Source of the DNA: Clostridia bacterium
GTDB lineage: Bacteria; Bacillota; Clostridia; Oscillospirales; CAG-272
Direction: 5' to 3'
Length of the DNA stretch: 18,037 bases
NCBI GenBank assembly: GCA_900754175.1
Contig: CAAEBS010000039.1
Span: 1 to 18,037, forward strand
Every line of letters begins with the position of its first letter. Positions within the stretch are counted from its first letter, which is position 1. The position numbers and the translations under genes are program-made. Positions 7,419 to 14,008 of this stretch are shown here, piece by piece. A model generated the notes under the pieces. That model made no database searches. It had not been told where the DNA came from and saw only the letters and a list, made by a program, of their open reading frames with translations.

Positions 7419-7595
7419 ATGTTTGTATGGATAGGGGCGCATATCGGAACCATTCTGATCTGTGCGGTTCTGATCGCTGTGATAGTATTGATCGTGGTAA
7501 AGCTTGTCAGGGATAAGAAAAAAGGAAAATCCTCCTGCGGCTCGGGTTGCGCACACTGTGCGATGGCAGGCTCCTGCCACAATCATAAGAAATAA
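7419..7595 (+). CDS. FeoB-associated Cys-rich membrane protein (58 aa), absent from the ORF track
   Basis: My translation is MFVWIGAHIGTILICAVLIAVIVLIVVKLVRDKKKGKSSCGSGCAHCAMAGSCHNHKK. It has one TM helix, a KKKGK linker and a C-x3-C-x2-C-x5-C tail, matching the FeoB_associated small-protein family as I recall it. RBS GGAG (7409-7412) lies 6 nt before the ATG. Confidence 0.8.
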   Translation: MFVWIGAHIGTILICAVLIAVIVLIVVKLVRDKKKGKSSCGSGCAHCAMAGSCHNHKK

Positions 7596-7605
7596 TACAA
7601 AGAGG

Positions 7606-7642
7606 GGAGACGCAGAGGAAAGCTTTGCGTCTCCTTTGCTTT
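7606..7642 (+). terminator. Hairpin plus T-rich tract after the feo genes
   Basis: GGAGACGCA (7606-7614) pairs with TGCGTCTCC (7626-7634). The stem can extend by AG/CT and is followed by TTTGCTTTG. Confidence 0.7.
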
Positions 7643-7659
7643 GAGGCAGGAGGGAAGCG

Positions 7660-8058
7660 GTGGCAAGCCGGAAAAATTTAACTGCCTCCAATATCCGCTA
7701 TCTTCTGACGATGAAGGAGCTTGACAAGGAGGGAAACGGTGTACGCTGTGTGGACATTGCGTCCACGCTGAAACTTTCCAAGCCAAGCGTGCACAATATG
7801 CTGGATACTTTTGTGGAAATGGGCTTTATCCGCAAGGCCGCCTACGGCATAGCGATCTTCACCGAGCTTGGAAACGAGACGGCGCTCCGTTACGACCGGT
7901 ATTACCGGTATGTTTCCGGTGTTCTCAGCCGGAGCTTTCCGGAGCTTGCGGGGGACGTACAGACGGCGACCTGCTCGCTGATATCGGTGCTTCCGCAACA
8001 GAGTCTGGAGAGGATATGCGGGGAAAGAGCCGTATCGGCGGAGGGGGCGGACGTTTGA
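7660..8058 (+). CDS. DtxR/MntR-family (iron-dependent repressor type) winged-HTH regulator, short form
   Basis: GTG start with AGGAGG 6 nt upstream. The N-terminus reads NIRYLLTMKEL...GVRCVDIASTLKLSKPSVHNMLDTFVEMGFI, matching the DtxR-family pattern (Y..I..L......V...DIA..L.VS.PSV..M...L...G). Only 132 aa, and no His residue after the HTH. Confidence 0.75.
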   Translation: MASRKNLTASNIRYLLTMKELDKEGNGVRCVDIASTLKLSKPSVHNMLDTFVEMGFIRKAAYGIAIFTELGNETALRYDRYYRYVSGVLSRSFPELAGDVQTATCSLISVLPQQSLERICGERAVSAEGADV

Positions 8059-8074
8059 AAGAGAGGTCGTGCGT

Positions 8075-8248
8075 ATGCCTGACGGAATATTGAAACCGGA
8101 ATTTTATTGCGCTCTGGCGGTGGTGGTTGCCGTTGCCCTGATCTGTATCGGCGGCAGACAGCTTCTGCGGAAGCTGACGGCACGACGCAAGCCGGACGAG
8201 CGGAGAAAAGAGGAAAAAGATCATGAAAAAGATAACACTGAAAATTGA
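8075..8248 (+). CDS. Candidate 57-aa single-pass membrane peptide (hypothetical)
   Basis: My translation is MPDGILKPEFYCALAVVVAVALICIGGRQLLRKLTARRKPDERRKEEKDHEKDNTEN. It has a hydrophobic helix, then a highly charged tail. A purine-rich AGAGAGG lies upstream. Third codon positions are mostly G/C. It overlaps the next gene by 26 nt. No homology recognised. Confidence 0.3.
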   Translation: MPDGILKPEFYCALAVVVAVALICIGGRQLLRKLTARRKPDERRKEEKDHEKDNTEN

Positions 8249-8492
8249 CGGTATGATGTGCGGAATGTGTGAGGCACATATCAACGATGCGATCCGCCGC
8301 AGCTTTCCGCAGATAAAAAAGGTTTCTTCCTCTCATACGAAAGGGGAAACGGTGATCCTTGCCGATCAGGCGCCGGAGGAAGAACAGTTTCGCACGGTGA
8401 TTGCCGGAACGGGGTACGAGCTGAAATCGGTATCGTACAGCGACGGAGAGGAAAAATCCGGGTTCTTTGCCCACTTCGGCAAGAAAAAATAA
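8223..8492 (+). CDS. Heavy-metal-associated (HMA) domain protein, CopZ-like
   Basis: 89 aa. MKKITLKIDGMMCGMCEAHI carries the GMxCxxC metal-binding loop at the canonical position of the ferredoxin-like HMA fold. RBS GAGGA lies 8 nt upstream. Confidence 0.85.
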   Translation: MKKITLKIDGMMCGMCEAHINDAIRRSFPQIKKVSSSHTKGETVILADQAPEEEQFRTVIAGTGYELKSVSYSDGEEKSGFFAHFGKKK

Positions 8493-8515
8493 AAGCCCGG
8501 CATTTCCCGGGAAAT

Positions 8516-8554
8516 AAAAATCGGGCGGTTGCTTTTGCAACCGTCCGATTTTTG
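8516..8554. terminator. Bidirectional terminator between the HMA gene (+) and the lipid kinase gene (-)
   Basis: ATCGGGCGGTTGC (8520-8532), loop TTTT, GCAACCGTCCGAT (8537-8549). That is 13 bp with one G-T pair, with an A-run on the 5' side and a T-run on the 3' side. Confidence 0.85.
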
Positions 8555-8565
8555 ATAAGACCGCA

Positions 8566-9462
8566 TTATACCGCAGTCGTTTCCTTTTCGGGTGCGGGTT
8601 TGCCGGCTTTGGCACAGACCGAACAACTGGTTACGCCGAGAATGGTTTCACCGTCGATCTGCAGTGCCGTCGGGCGGTCGAATTCCACCGTGATCTCGTG
8701 TCCGCTCAGAACGGCAACGCTCTTGGTGTGCTCGATGTGTTTGCCGGTGAAGATAGAGGGGAAGATCATCAGCGTCCGGAGCTTTCCGGTTTTGTACATC
8801 ACCATGGTGGAGACGGTTCCGTCCGTATTCTTCCGGTCCTGTGCCGGGGTGGGCATCATGCCGCCGCCGTAGAATCTGCCATGCATGGTCGGGGCAAGCC
8901 ATACCTTGCGGTAGGTGTGCTTCACACCGTCCACCGTCACCGTGGCGTTGACCGGGTGGAAGTGAAAGAGCAGACCCTTGATGGCGATCGAGGTATAGTT
9001 GATCTTCTTGCCGGGGATATTGCGCAGCTTGTCGCCCACTTCACAGCAGTAGCCGTCAATGCCGTAGCCTACGCCGTTGAGCACACGGTAGCTCTTGCCG
9101 TTGACGGTGGCTACGGGAAGATCCTTTATGTAATCGTTGACGCATACGGGCGGATCTCCTTTCTGAAAGCCGAGATCGTGCCAGAAGTCGTTTCCGCTTC
9201 CGGTGGCGTAATAGTAGACGTCGTGGCAGAGAGAAAGCCCGTCGGTGTCGTTGATGAACCGGTTGAGCGTTCCGTCGCCTCCTGCGACGATGACACGGTT
9301 ATCCTCGGCAAGAGATGCGAAAAAGGTTTTATAGCTTTCAATGGTGGTCATGTCGCAGAAGACAAGTTCATCGTCTTTCATGATGTCTTTCAGCTTCATG
9401 GTATCCTCGGTGCCGTGTCCGTTTCCGGCGTGAGGGTTATAGAGCACGTGGTATCGTGGCAT
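8566..9462 (-). CDS. Diacylglycerol kinase catalytic-domain family lipid kinase (YegS/BmrU-like)
   Basis: 298 aa. It has an N-terminal NP.AG.G nucleotide loop and the VIVAGGDGTLN motif diagnostic of the DAGK_cat family. Confidence 0.85.
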   Translation of the reverse strand: MPRYHVLYNPHAGNGHGTEDTMKLKDIMKDDELVFCDMTTIESYKTFFASLAEDNRVIVAGGDGTLNRFINDTDGLSLCHDVYYYATGSGNDFWHDLGFQKGDPPVCVNDYIKDLPVATVNGKSYRVLNGVGYGIDGYCCEVGDKLRNIPGKKINYTSIAIKGLLFHFHPVNATVTVDGVKHTYRKVWLAPTMHGRFYGGGMMPTPAQDRKNTDGTVSTMVMYKTGKLRTLMIFPSIFTGKHIEHTKSVAVLSGHEITVEFDRPTALQIDGETILGVTSCSVCAKAGKPAPEKETTAV

Positions 9463-9507
9463 GGTAGTATCCTTTCCTTTTTATAGGCTTGGGGTATTCC
9501 TTTCATC

Positions 9508-9536
9508 ATTATACCGTTTTTTTGTCGAAAAGTCAA
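9508..9536 (-). promoter_or_regulatory. Promoter of the lipid kinase gene
   Basis: The minus strand reads TTGACT (9536-9531), a 17-nt spacer, then TATAAT (9513-9508). Confidence 0.7.
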
Positions 9537-9586
9537 GAATTTTTTGTTTTCCGGGTAAATATTCCGGATAATATATTCGCAGGCAC

Positions 9587-9615
9587 TTGACAGGTAGCGG
9601 CATATGGTTTATAAT
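9587..9615 (+). promoter_or_regulatory. Promoter of the TfoX-N gene, exact consensus
   Basis: TTGACA (9587-9592), a 17-nt spacer, then TATAAT (9610-9615). Confidence 0.75.
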
Positions 9616-9649
9616 CAAGCTGTGTAATCGGAAAAACACGGAGGGCAGA

Positions 9650-9955
9650 ATGGCGACGTCGGCGGACTATATCGAATTTGTGGCGGAACAGCTCCGGGGC
9701 TTTGGCAGTGTCCGGTACCGGAAGATGTTCGGAGAATATATGGTGTATCTGGAGGAAAAGCCGGTATTCAGCGTTTGCGACAATACCGTTTTTGTAAAGG
9801 AACTGCCGCAGATCGCCGGGCTGATGCGGGAGGCGGAGTGCGGATTCCCTTACGAGGGCGCAAAGGAGCACTATATCGTCGATATTGAAAACAGGGAGCT
9901 TCTGGAGCAGCTGGTCCCTCTGCTGGAGCGGTCGGTTGCGGGGAAGGGGCGCTGA
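9650..9955 (+). CDS. TfoX N-terminal domain family protein
   Basis: ATG 9650 has GGAGG 5 nt upstream. The track start at 9587 lies inside the promoter. The 101-aa product reads YIEFVAEQL...VRYRKMFGEYMVYL..KPVF.VCDN.VFVK, which resembles the TfoX_N pattern as I recall it. Confidence 0.7.
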   Translation: MATSADYIEFVAEQLRGFGSVRYRKMFGEYMVYLEEKPVFSVCDNTVFVKELPQIAGLMREAECGFPYEGAKEHYIVDIENRELLEQLVPLLERSVAGKGR

Positions 9956-10044
9956 GCTTTTGAAGAAACTATCCGGTATGATTTTATGCGATTTCAGAGT
10001 TATCATATTTTAAGTATATTGCTGTTCTGAGGAGGACATGAACC

Positions 10045-10710
10045 ATGATAAAAAAGAATACGAAATTTCTGTGGCTTGCGGCAGGGATTCTGCTGTTATT
10101 GTTCGCCGTGCTGATCGTGCTGGTAAAGTGCGTGGACGTGCAGGCGATCGGACCCGAAAACTCGGAGATCGGGCTTGCCGCTCTGAACGGGGCGGTGCAT
10201 GACGCTGTCGGCGTTCACGACAGCTGGTATACTGTCACCGACTGGATCGGGAAAGGCTCCATTGCGCTGGGACTTCTGTTTGCGTGCCTTGGCGTGTATC
10301 AGCTGATCCGCCGGCGGAGCTTTGCCCGGGTGGACATGGATCTGTACCTTCTCGGCGCAACCTACGTGGTGCTGGCGTGCCTGTATCTTTTCTTTGAATT
10401 CTGCATTGTCAATTACCGCCCGGTGATTCTGGATGCCGGACTGGAAGCGTCCTTCCCGTCCTCGCATACCATGCTGACGGTGTGTATTCTGGGGTGCGCC
10501 CTGTTCCAGATCCGGCGCCGGGTGCCGAACAGACCCTTGCGGATCGTGCTGATGGTGCTGTGCGCTCTGGTGATCGCCGTGATGGTGGTGGGGCGCCTGC
10601 TCTCCGGCGTGCACTGGTTTACCGACATTCTCGGCGGCGTTCTGCTGGGTACGGCGTTGACGCTGGTCTATATCGCCCTCGTGCAGACCCTGCAAAAGGA
10701 AAAAACATAA
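10045..10710 (+). CDS. PAP2-superfamily membrane phosphatase (lipid phosphate/undecaprenyl-diphosphate phosphatase type)
   Basis: 221 aa with several TM helices. The acid-phosphatase motifs are PSSH (C2) and GRLLSGVHWFTDILGG (C3, SR-x5-H-x3-D type). RBS GGAGG lies 9 nt before the ATG. Confidence 0.85.
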   Translation: MIKKNTKFLWLAAGILLLLFAVLIVLVKCVDVQAIGPENSEIGLAALNGAVHDAVGVHDSWYTVTDWIGKGSIALGLLFACLGVYQLIRRRSFARVDMDLYLLGATYVVLACLYLFFEFCIVNYRPVILDAGLEASFPSSHTMLTVCILGCALFQIRRRVPNRPLRIVLMVLCALVIAVMVVGRLLSGVHWFTDILGGVLLGTALTLVYIALVQTLQKEKT

Positions 10711-10756
10711 AAAATCCGTGGAAGCATCTTTATGAAAGCTTCCACGGATTTTTTTG
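10710..10756. terminator. Bidirectional terminator (PAP2 gene + / tocopherol-cyclase-like gene -)
   Basis: ATCCGTGGAAGC (10714-10725) pairs perfectly with GCTTCCACGGAT (10738-10749). It is flanked by an A-run and a T-run (TTTTTTT 10749-10755). Confidence 0.88.
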
Positions 10757-10759
10757 AAG

Positions 10760-11581
10760 TCAGATGCCGGTACGTTCTTCGCAGGTTGCCCGTCGGCTTT
10801 TGGATTCCACAATCGTGCATCCTGCCCGGCGCAGGCGGATGTGCAGATAAGCGTCACAGCTTTCCCGGATGGACTCGCTCATTCTGCCGCACAGCGGGGC
10901 TTGCAGGGCGTGACCGGAGGAAAGCGGAGAGAAGAAAACGTCCAGCAGAAATTTCCCCTGGCGCAGGCGCAGACGGTTGCCGAAGCGCCGCACCTTTACC
11001 CCACGGTAGGTGGCAAACCGGTATTCCTTGCCCCGGTACATCAAAGCGCAGATACAGCCGGTGAAGGAGGTGCCGGCAAAGGGAATGTGCGCCAGCGAGA
11101 ACATAAAGGAGCAGGGTGCGGAAAAGTCGTTGCATTGCAGCCACAGATAGGAGCGGGGAAAGGAGCGCCCGCTGTCCTTTTCGATATAGCCGCTTCCGTT
11201 TCTGAAAATATATTGCCTGCCGTCCTTCCGAATCCTGCCGTTTACCGTGTGGTCCATGCTGACCACGCCGTGGCAGCATTGCATGGGGAGGCAGGCAAAG
11301 GGTCCCATGATGTCGGAGGATAGGGGTGTGTTCTTGCCGTACCGGAGGGTGCCAGAAATGCCGGGCAGGGAAACCCGGACGCCTTGGGGCGAGAAAACGC
11401 AGTTTCCGGTGTACACCGTGTCGCCTGCGGCAAAGAGATACGGCATGGGAAAGCTTTTCGTGCCGGAGGAGTCGATCACCTGCACGAAGGCGCCGTCAGA
11501 CGCCACGCCCGGAATAAAGGCAAGCATATAGTCGCCGCTCCGCTGTTTGTAATACCAGCCCTTGAATCGTTTGTCAGACAT
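10760..11581 (-). CDS. Tocopherol-cyclase-like family protein
   Basis: 273 aa. It has N-terminal GWYYK and the block GSGYIEKDSGRSFPRSYLWLQCNDF. The latter parallels the plant VTE1 block ...[22 protein letters not shown] as I remember it. Its start overlaps the upstream gene by 8 nt, and RBS GAGGGA lies within that gene. Confidence 0.6.
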   Translation of the reverse strand: MSDKRFKGWYYKQRSGDYMLAFIPGVASDGAFVQVIDSSGTKSFPMPYLFAAGDTVYTGNCVFSPQGVRVSLPGISGTLRYGKNTPLSSDIMGPFACLPMQCCHGVVSMDHTVNGRIRKDGRQYIFRNGSGYIEKDSGRSFPRSYLWLQCNDFSAPCSFMFSLAHIPFAGTSFTGCICALMYRGKEYRFATYRGVKVRRFGNRLRLRQGKFLLDVFFSPLSSGHALQAPLCGRMSESIRESCDAYLHIRLRRAGCTIVESKSRRATCEERTGI

Positions 11582-12869
11582 GGGCGTCCCTCATGGCGGG
11601 GTTGTCAATCAGCTTGCCACGGCGCTCAAAGCGGGAACCGTGGCAGGGACAATCCCAGCTGTGCTCGGCGGAATTGTAGCGCAGGGCGCACCCGAGATGC
11701 GGACAGCGCTTGACGGTGGGAATGAGAAAATCGGCGGCAGTCGCCCCGATATTCCGGAAAAGCTGAGGGTGCAGAGAGCTTCTGTCAGGAGAAAATACCG
11801 GAGCGTAGCGGTTCTTTTTTCCCTGAATGGCGTCGCAGAGAATGTCGGACGCCGCCATGGAGGTCGTCATGCCCCAGAGATTGAAGCCGGTTGCCACGTA
11901 TACGTTCGGCATGGCGGGGCTGTATTGCCCGATATAGGGAATCCCGTCCAGGGTCACGCAGTCCTGGTTGGACCAGCGGTATTTCTCCCGTGCCTCCGGG
12001 AAATGACAGTGCGCAAAATCCTCGATCGCCCGGTATGCGCCGCCGTGCCTGCCCGTGCGGTGATCTCCGCCGCCGATCAGCAGCAGGTCCCGGTAGCGCC
12101 GGAAATAAAAGCCGTCCGCCGCATCCTCCGCCGAACAGGAAAGGGAGGGGGCGTTTTCATAGGCAATCACGTAGGAACGTTTCTGGTATTGCTTCATGAA
12201 GTATAAGCCACGGCGGTTGATAAACGGGAAGTGCGTGGCAACGATCACCTTTTTGGCGAAGATCTTTCCGCCGTCGGCGATTGCAACCGTGCCCTGAAGC
12301 TCCCGGATGAACGTGTTGCGGTAGATCCGGAGACCCTTTGCCATTCCGTAGAGGAATTTCAACGGGTGAAATTGCGCCGCTTCCGGGTAGATCACGGCGT
12401 CGGTGACAGAGAAGGGCAGATCGGGGGACGTCGTGTAAACGGCGGGATAGCCCAGCTTGTGCAGGACCTCCGCCTCCTGCTTCAGCTTGTCCTTGCCGGT
12501 CAGCGAGTACATGACCGAGGGGCAGGACTCCAGGTCGCAGTCAATCCTTTCCGACAGCGAGCGGAAGCGCCGCAGAGCGTCCAGATTGGCGTGCAGATAT
12601 TGCCCCGCCTTTTTCATGCCGTATTTTCTGGCGAGATCGGAATACAGCAGGTCGTGCTGTGCCGTCAGAACCGCCGTGGTTCCCTTGGTAATGCCGTAGC
12701 CGACCTGTCGTGCCTCTACCAGGATATTGTCAATGCCGCATTCGGTGAGCCTTGCCGCACATAAAATTCCCGCCATTCCGCCACCGATCACGCAGACCTC
12801 GGTGCGGATGTCGCCGTCAAGCTCCCGCCCGATATCCGGAAATCTTTCTTCCGTCCATAAATATCGCAT
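11574..12869 (-). CDS. FAD-dependent oxidoreductase (DAO-type) fused to a C-terminal Rieske [2Fe-2S] domain (YhfW-like)
   Basis: 431 aa. VCVIGGGMAGILCA is the GxGxxG dinucleotide fold. At the C-terminus, CPHLGC-x15-CPCHGS is the Rieske CxH...CxxH ligand pattern. Confidence 0.85.
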   Translation of the reverse strand: MRYLWTEERFPDIGRELDGDIRTEVCVIGGGMAGILCAARLTECGIDNILVEARQVGYGITKGTTAVLTAQHDLLYSDLARKYGMKKAGQYLHANLDALRRFRSLSERIDCDLESCPSVMYSLTGKDKLKQEAEVLHKLGYPAVYTTSPDLPFSVTDAVIYPEAAQFHPLKFLYGMAKGLRIYRNTFIRELQGTVAIADGGKIFAKKVIVATHFPFINRRGLYFMKQYQKRSYVIAYENAPSLSCSAEDAADGFYFRRYRDLLLIGGGDHRTGRHGGAYRAIEDFAHCHFPEAREKYRWSNQDCVTLDGIPYIGQYSPAMPNVYVATGFNLWGMTTSMAASDILCDAIQGKKNRYAPVFSPDRSSLHPQLFRNIGATAADFLIPTVKRCPHLGCALRYNSAEHSWDCPCHGSRFERRGKLIDNPAMRDAHV

Positions 12870-13010
12870 TGCTTTTTAGCCTCTTTCTTTCAGTTTGTAG
12901 CTTTTGAATTAGTGTTTGGCTGTGCGAAAGGTTTTATGCAGAAATTTCAGAACAGACGGGTTGCAAAAACGCCTCTGGAATAATGAAATATCACCCGCTT
13001 TGAAACCCGG

Positions 13011-13039
13011 AATCGACAGAATCCGACAAAATCCGATAA
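13011..13039 (+). repeat. Three helically phased decamer repeats: AATCGACAG / AATCCGACAA / AATCCGATAA
   Basis: Consecutive units start at 13011, 13020 and 13030, ending 26 nt upstream of the -35 at 13066. Confidence 0.6.
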
Positions 13040-13065
13040 AATAAGCGTTTTTACGACGCAAAATA

Positions 13066-13094
13066 TTGACAAATCAAGGAGTTAATGGTATAAT
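13066..13094 (+). promoter_or_regulatory. Promoter of the sugar transferase gene, exact consensus with extended -10
   Basis: TTGACA (13066-13071), a 17-nt spacer ending in TGG, then TATAAT (13089-13094). Confidence 0.75.
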
Positions 13095-13139
13095 CAGATC
13101 AGCAGAAGAGATACAGCAGAAAAACGCTGTCGGAAGCAT

Positions 13140-13931
13140 ATGCAGTGTCACACGCTTTTCCGGCAGGGGCAGGACGGAACATTTATGACAGACGGCATGG
13201 GCAAAGCAGTGGCTCCGCACGGAACGGAAAAAAGAGCAGGACCGGCAGACGATACGGAAAGATCCCCGGTACAAAAGGTTGTTTTGCCGTATGAGATCCC
13301 CTGCGGGACAGAATATTACGTTGCGTCGCTTGCGGAAATTCCCGCAAGACCTTTTTATGCGTTCTGGAAACGATTTTTGGATATTACGGTGTCGTGGATC
13401 GGCATCTTTTTGTTTTTGCCGCTTATGCTCCTGATCGGAATATTGATCCGGTGTACCTCACCGGGACCGGTGTTTTTTCTGCAGGACCGTGTGGGACTGA
13501 ACGGTAAAAAGTTCCGGATCATCAAGTTCAGAACGATGTGCACGGATGCGGAAAAGGGAGGCGCAAGGTGGTCGGAGGGCGCTGAGGATGAGCGCATCTA
13601 TCCGTTTGGCAGATTTTTGCGGCGGACAAGACTGGACGAATTGCCGCAGCTGTGGTGCTGTGTGATCGGAACCATGTCCCTGGTCGGACCGAGACCGGAG
13701 CGGGAGTGCTTTTACGTCGAGTTTGAAAAGTACATTCATGGGTTCCGGGAGCGGACCCGGGTGAAACCGGGAATAACAGGACTTGCCCAGGTCAGCGGCG
13801 GCTACGACCTGCGCCCGGAGGAGAAGATGCGGTACGATGCGGAATATATCCGGAAGCGCTCCCTGCGTCTGGATGCGGCACTCCTGCTGCGGACCGTAAA
13901 GGTCATCTTAACCGGTCGTGGGGCTAAATGA
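13140..13931 (+). CDS. Bacterial sugar transferase (small monotopic polyprenyl-phosphate glycosyl-1-phosphate transferase, PglC/WbaP C-terminal type)
   Basis: It has a single re-entrant helix (ITVSWIGIFLFLPLMLLIGILI), then GPVFF.Q.RVG.NGK.F...KFRTM, DELPQLW, SLVGPRPER and KPGITGLAQVSG. The start is ambiguous (ATG 13140, 13185 or 13197). The N-terminal ~70 aa are unconserved-looking. Confidence 0.88.
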   Translation: MQCHTLFRQGQDGTFMTDGMGKAVAPHGTEKRAGPADDTERSPVQKVVLPYEIPCGTEYYVASLAEIPARPFYAFWKRFLDITVSWIGIFLFLPLMLLIGILIRCTSPGPVFFLQDRVGLNGKKFRIIKFRTMCTDAEKGGARWSEGAEDERIYPFGRFLRRTRLDELPQLWCCVIGTMSLVGPRPERECFYVEFEKYIHGFRERTRVKPGITGLAQVSGGYDLRPEEKMRYDAEYIRKRSLRLDAALLLRTVKVILTGRGAK

Positions 13932-13947
13932 AAATTGTGTTTTAATA

Positions 13948-13990
13948 TAAAAAATCTTCCCCGGAAAAGACTCTGGGGAAGATTTTTTAT
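13948..13990. terminator. Bidirectional terminator (sugar transferase + / histidine kinase -)
   Basis: AAAATCTTCCCC (13951-13962) pairs with GGGGAAGATTTT (13975-13986) around a 12-nt loop, with flanking A-run and T-run. Confidence 0.85.
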
Positions 13991-14008
13991 GGAAAGCAGG
14001 CGTATGGC

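Noticed and set aside
4833-7691. 952-aa minus-strand ORF spanning the whole feoB region
   Set aside because: It lies exactly antisense to a strongly recognisable FeoB and the Cys-rich small gene. Its translation is low-complexity (rich in H, D, G and R) with no recognisable motifs. This is a typical shadow ORF of high-GC coding DNA.
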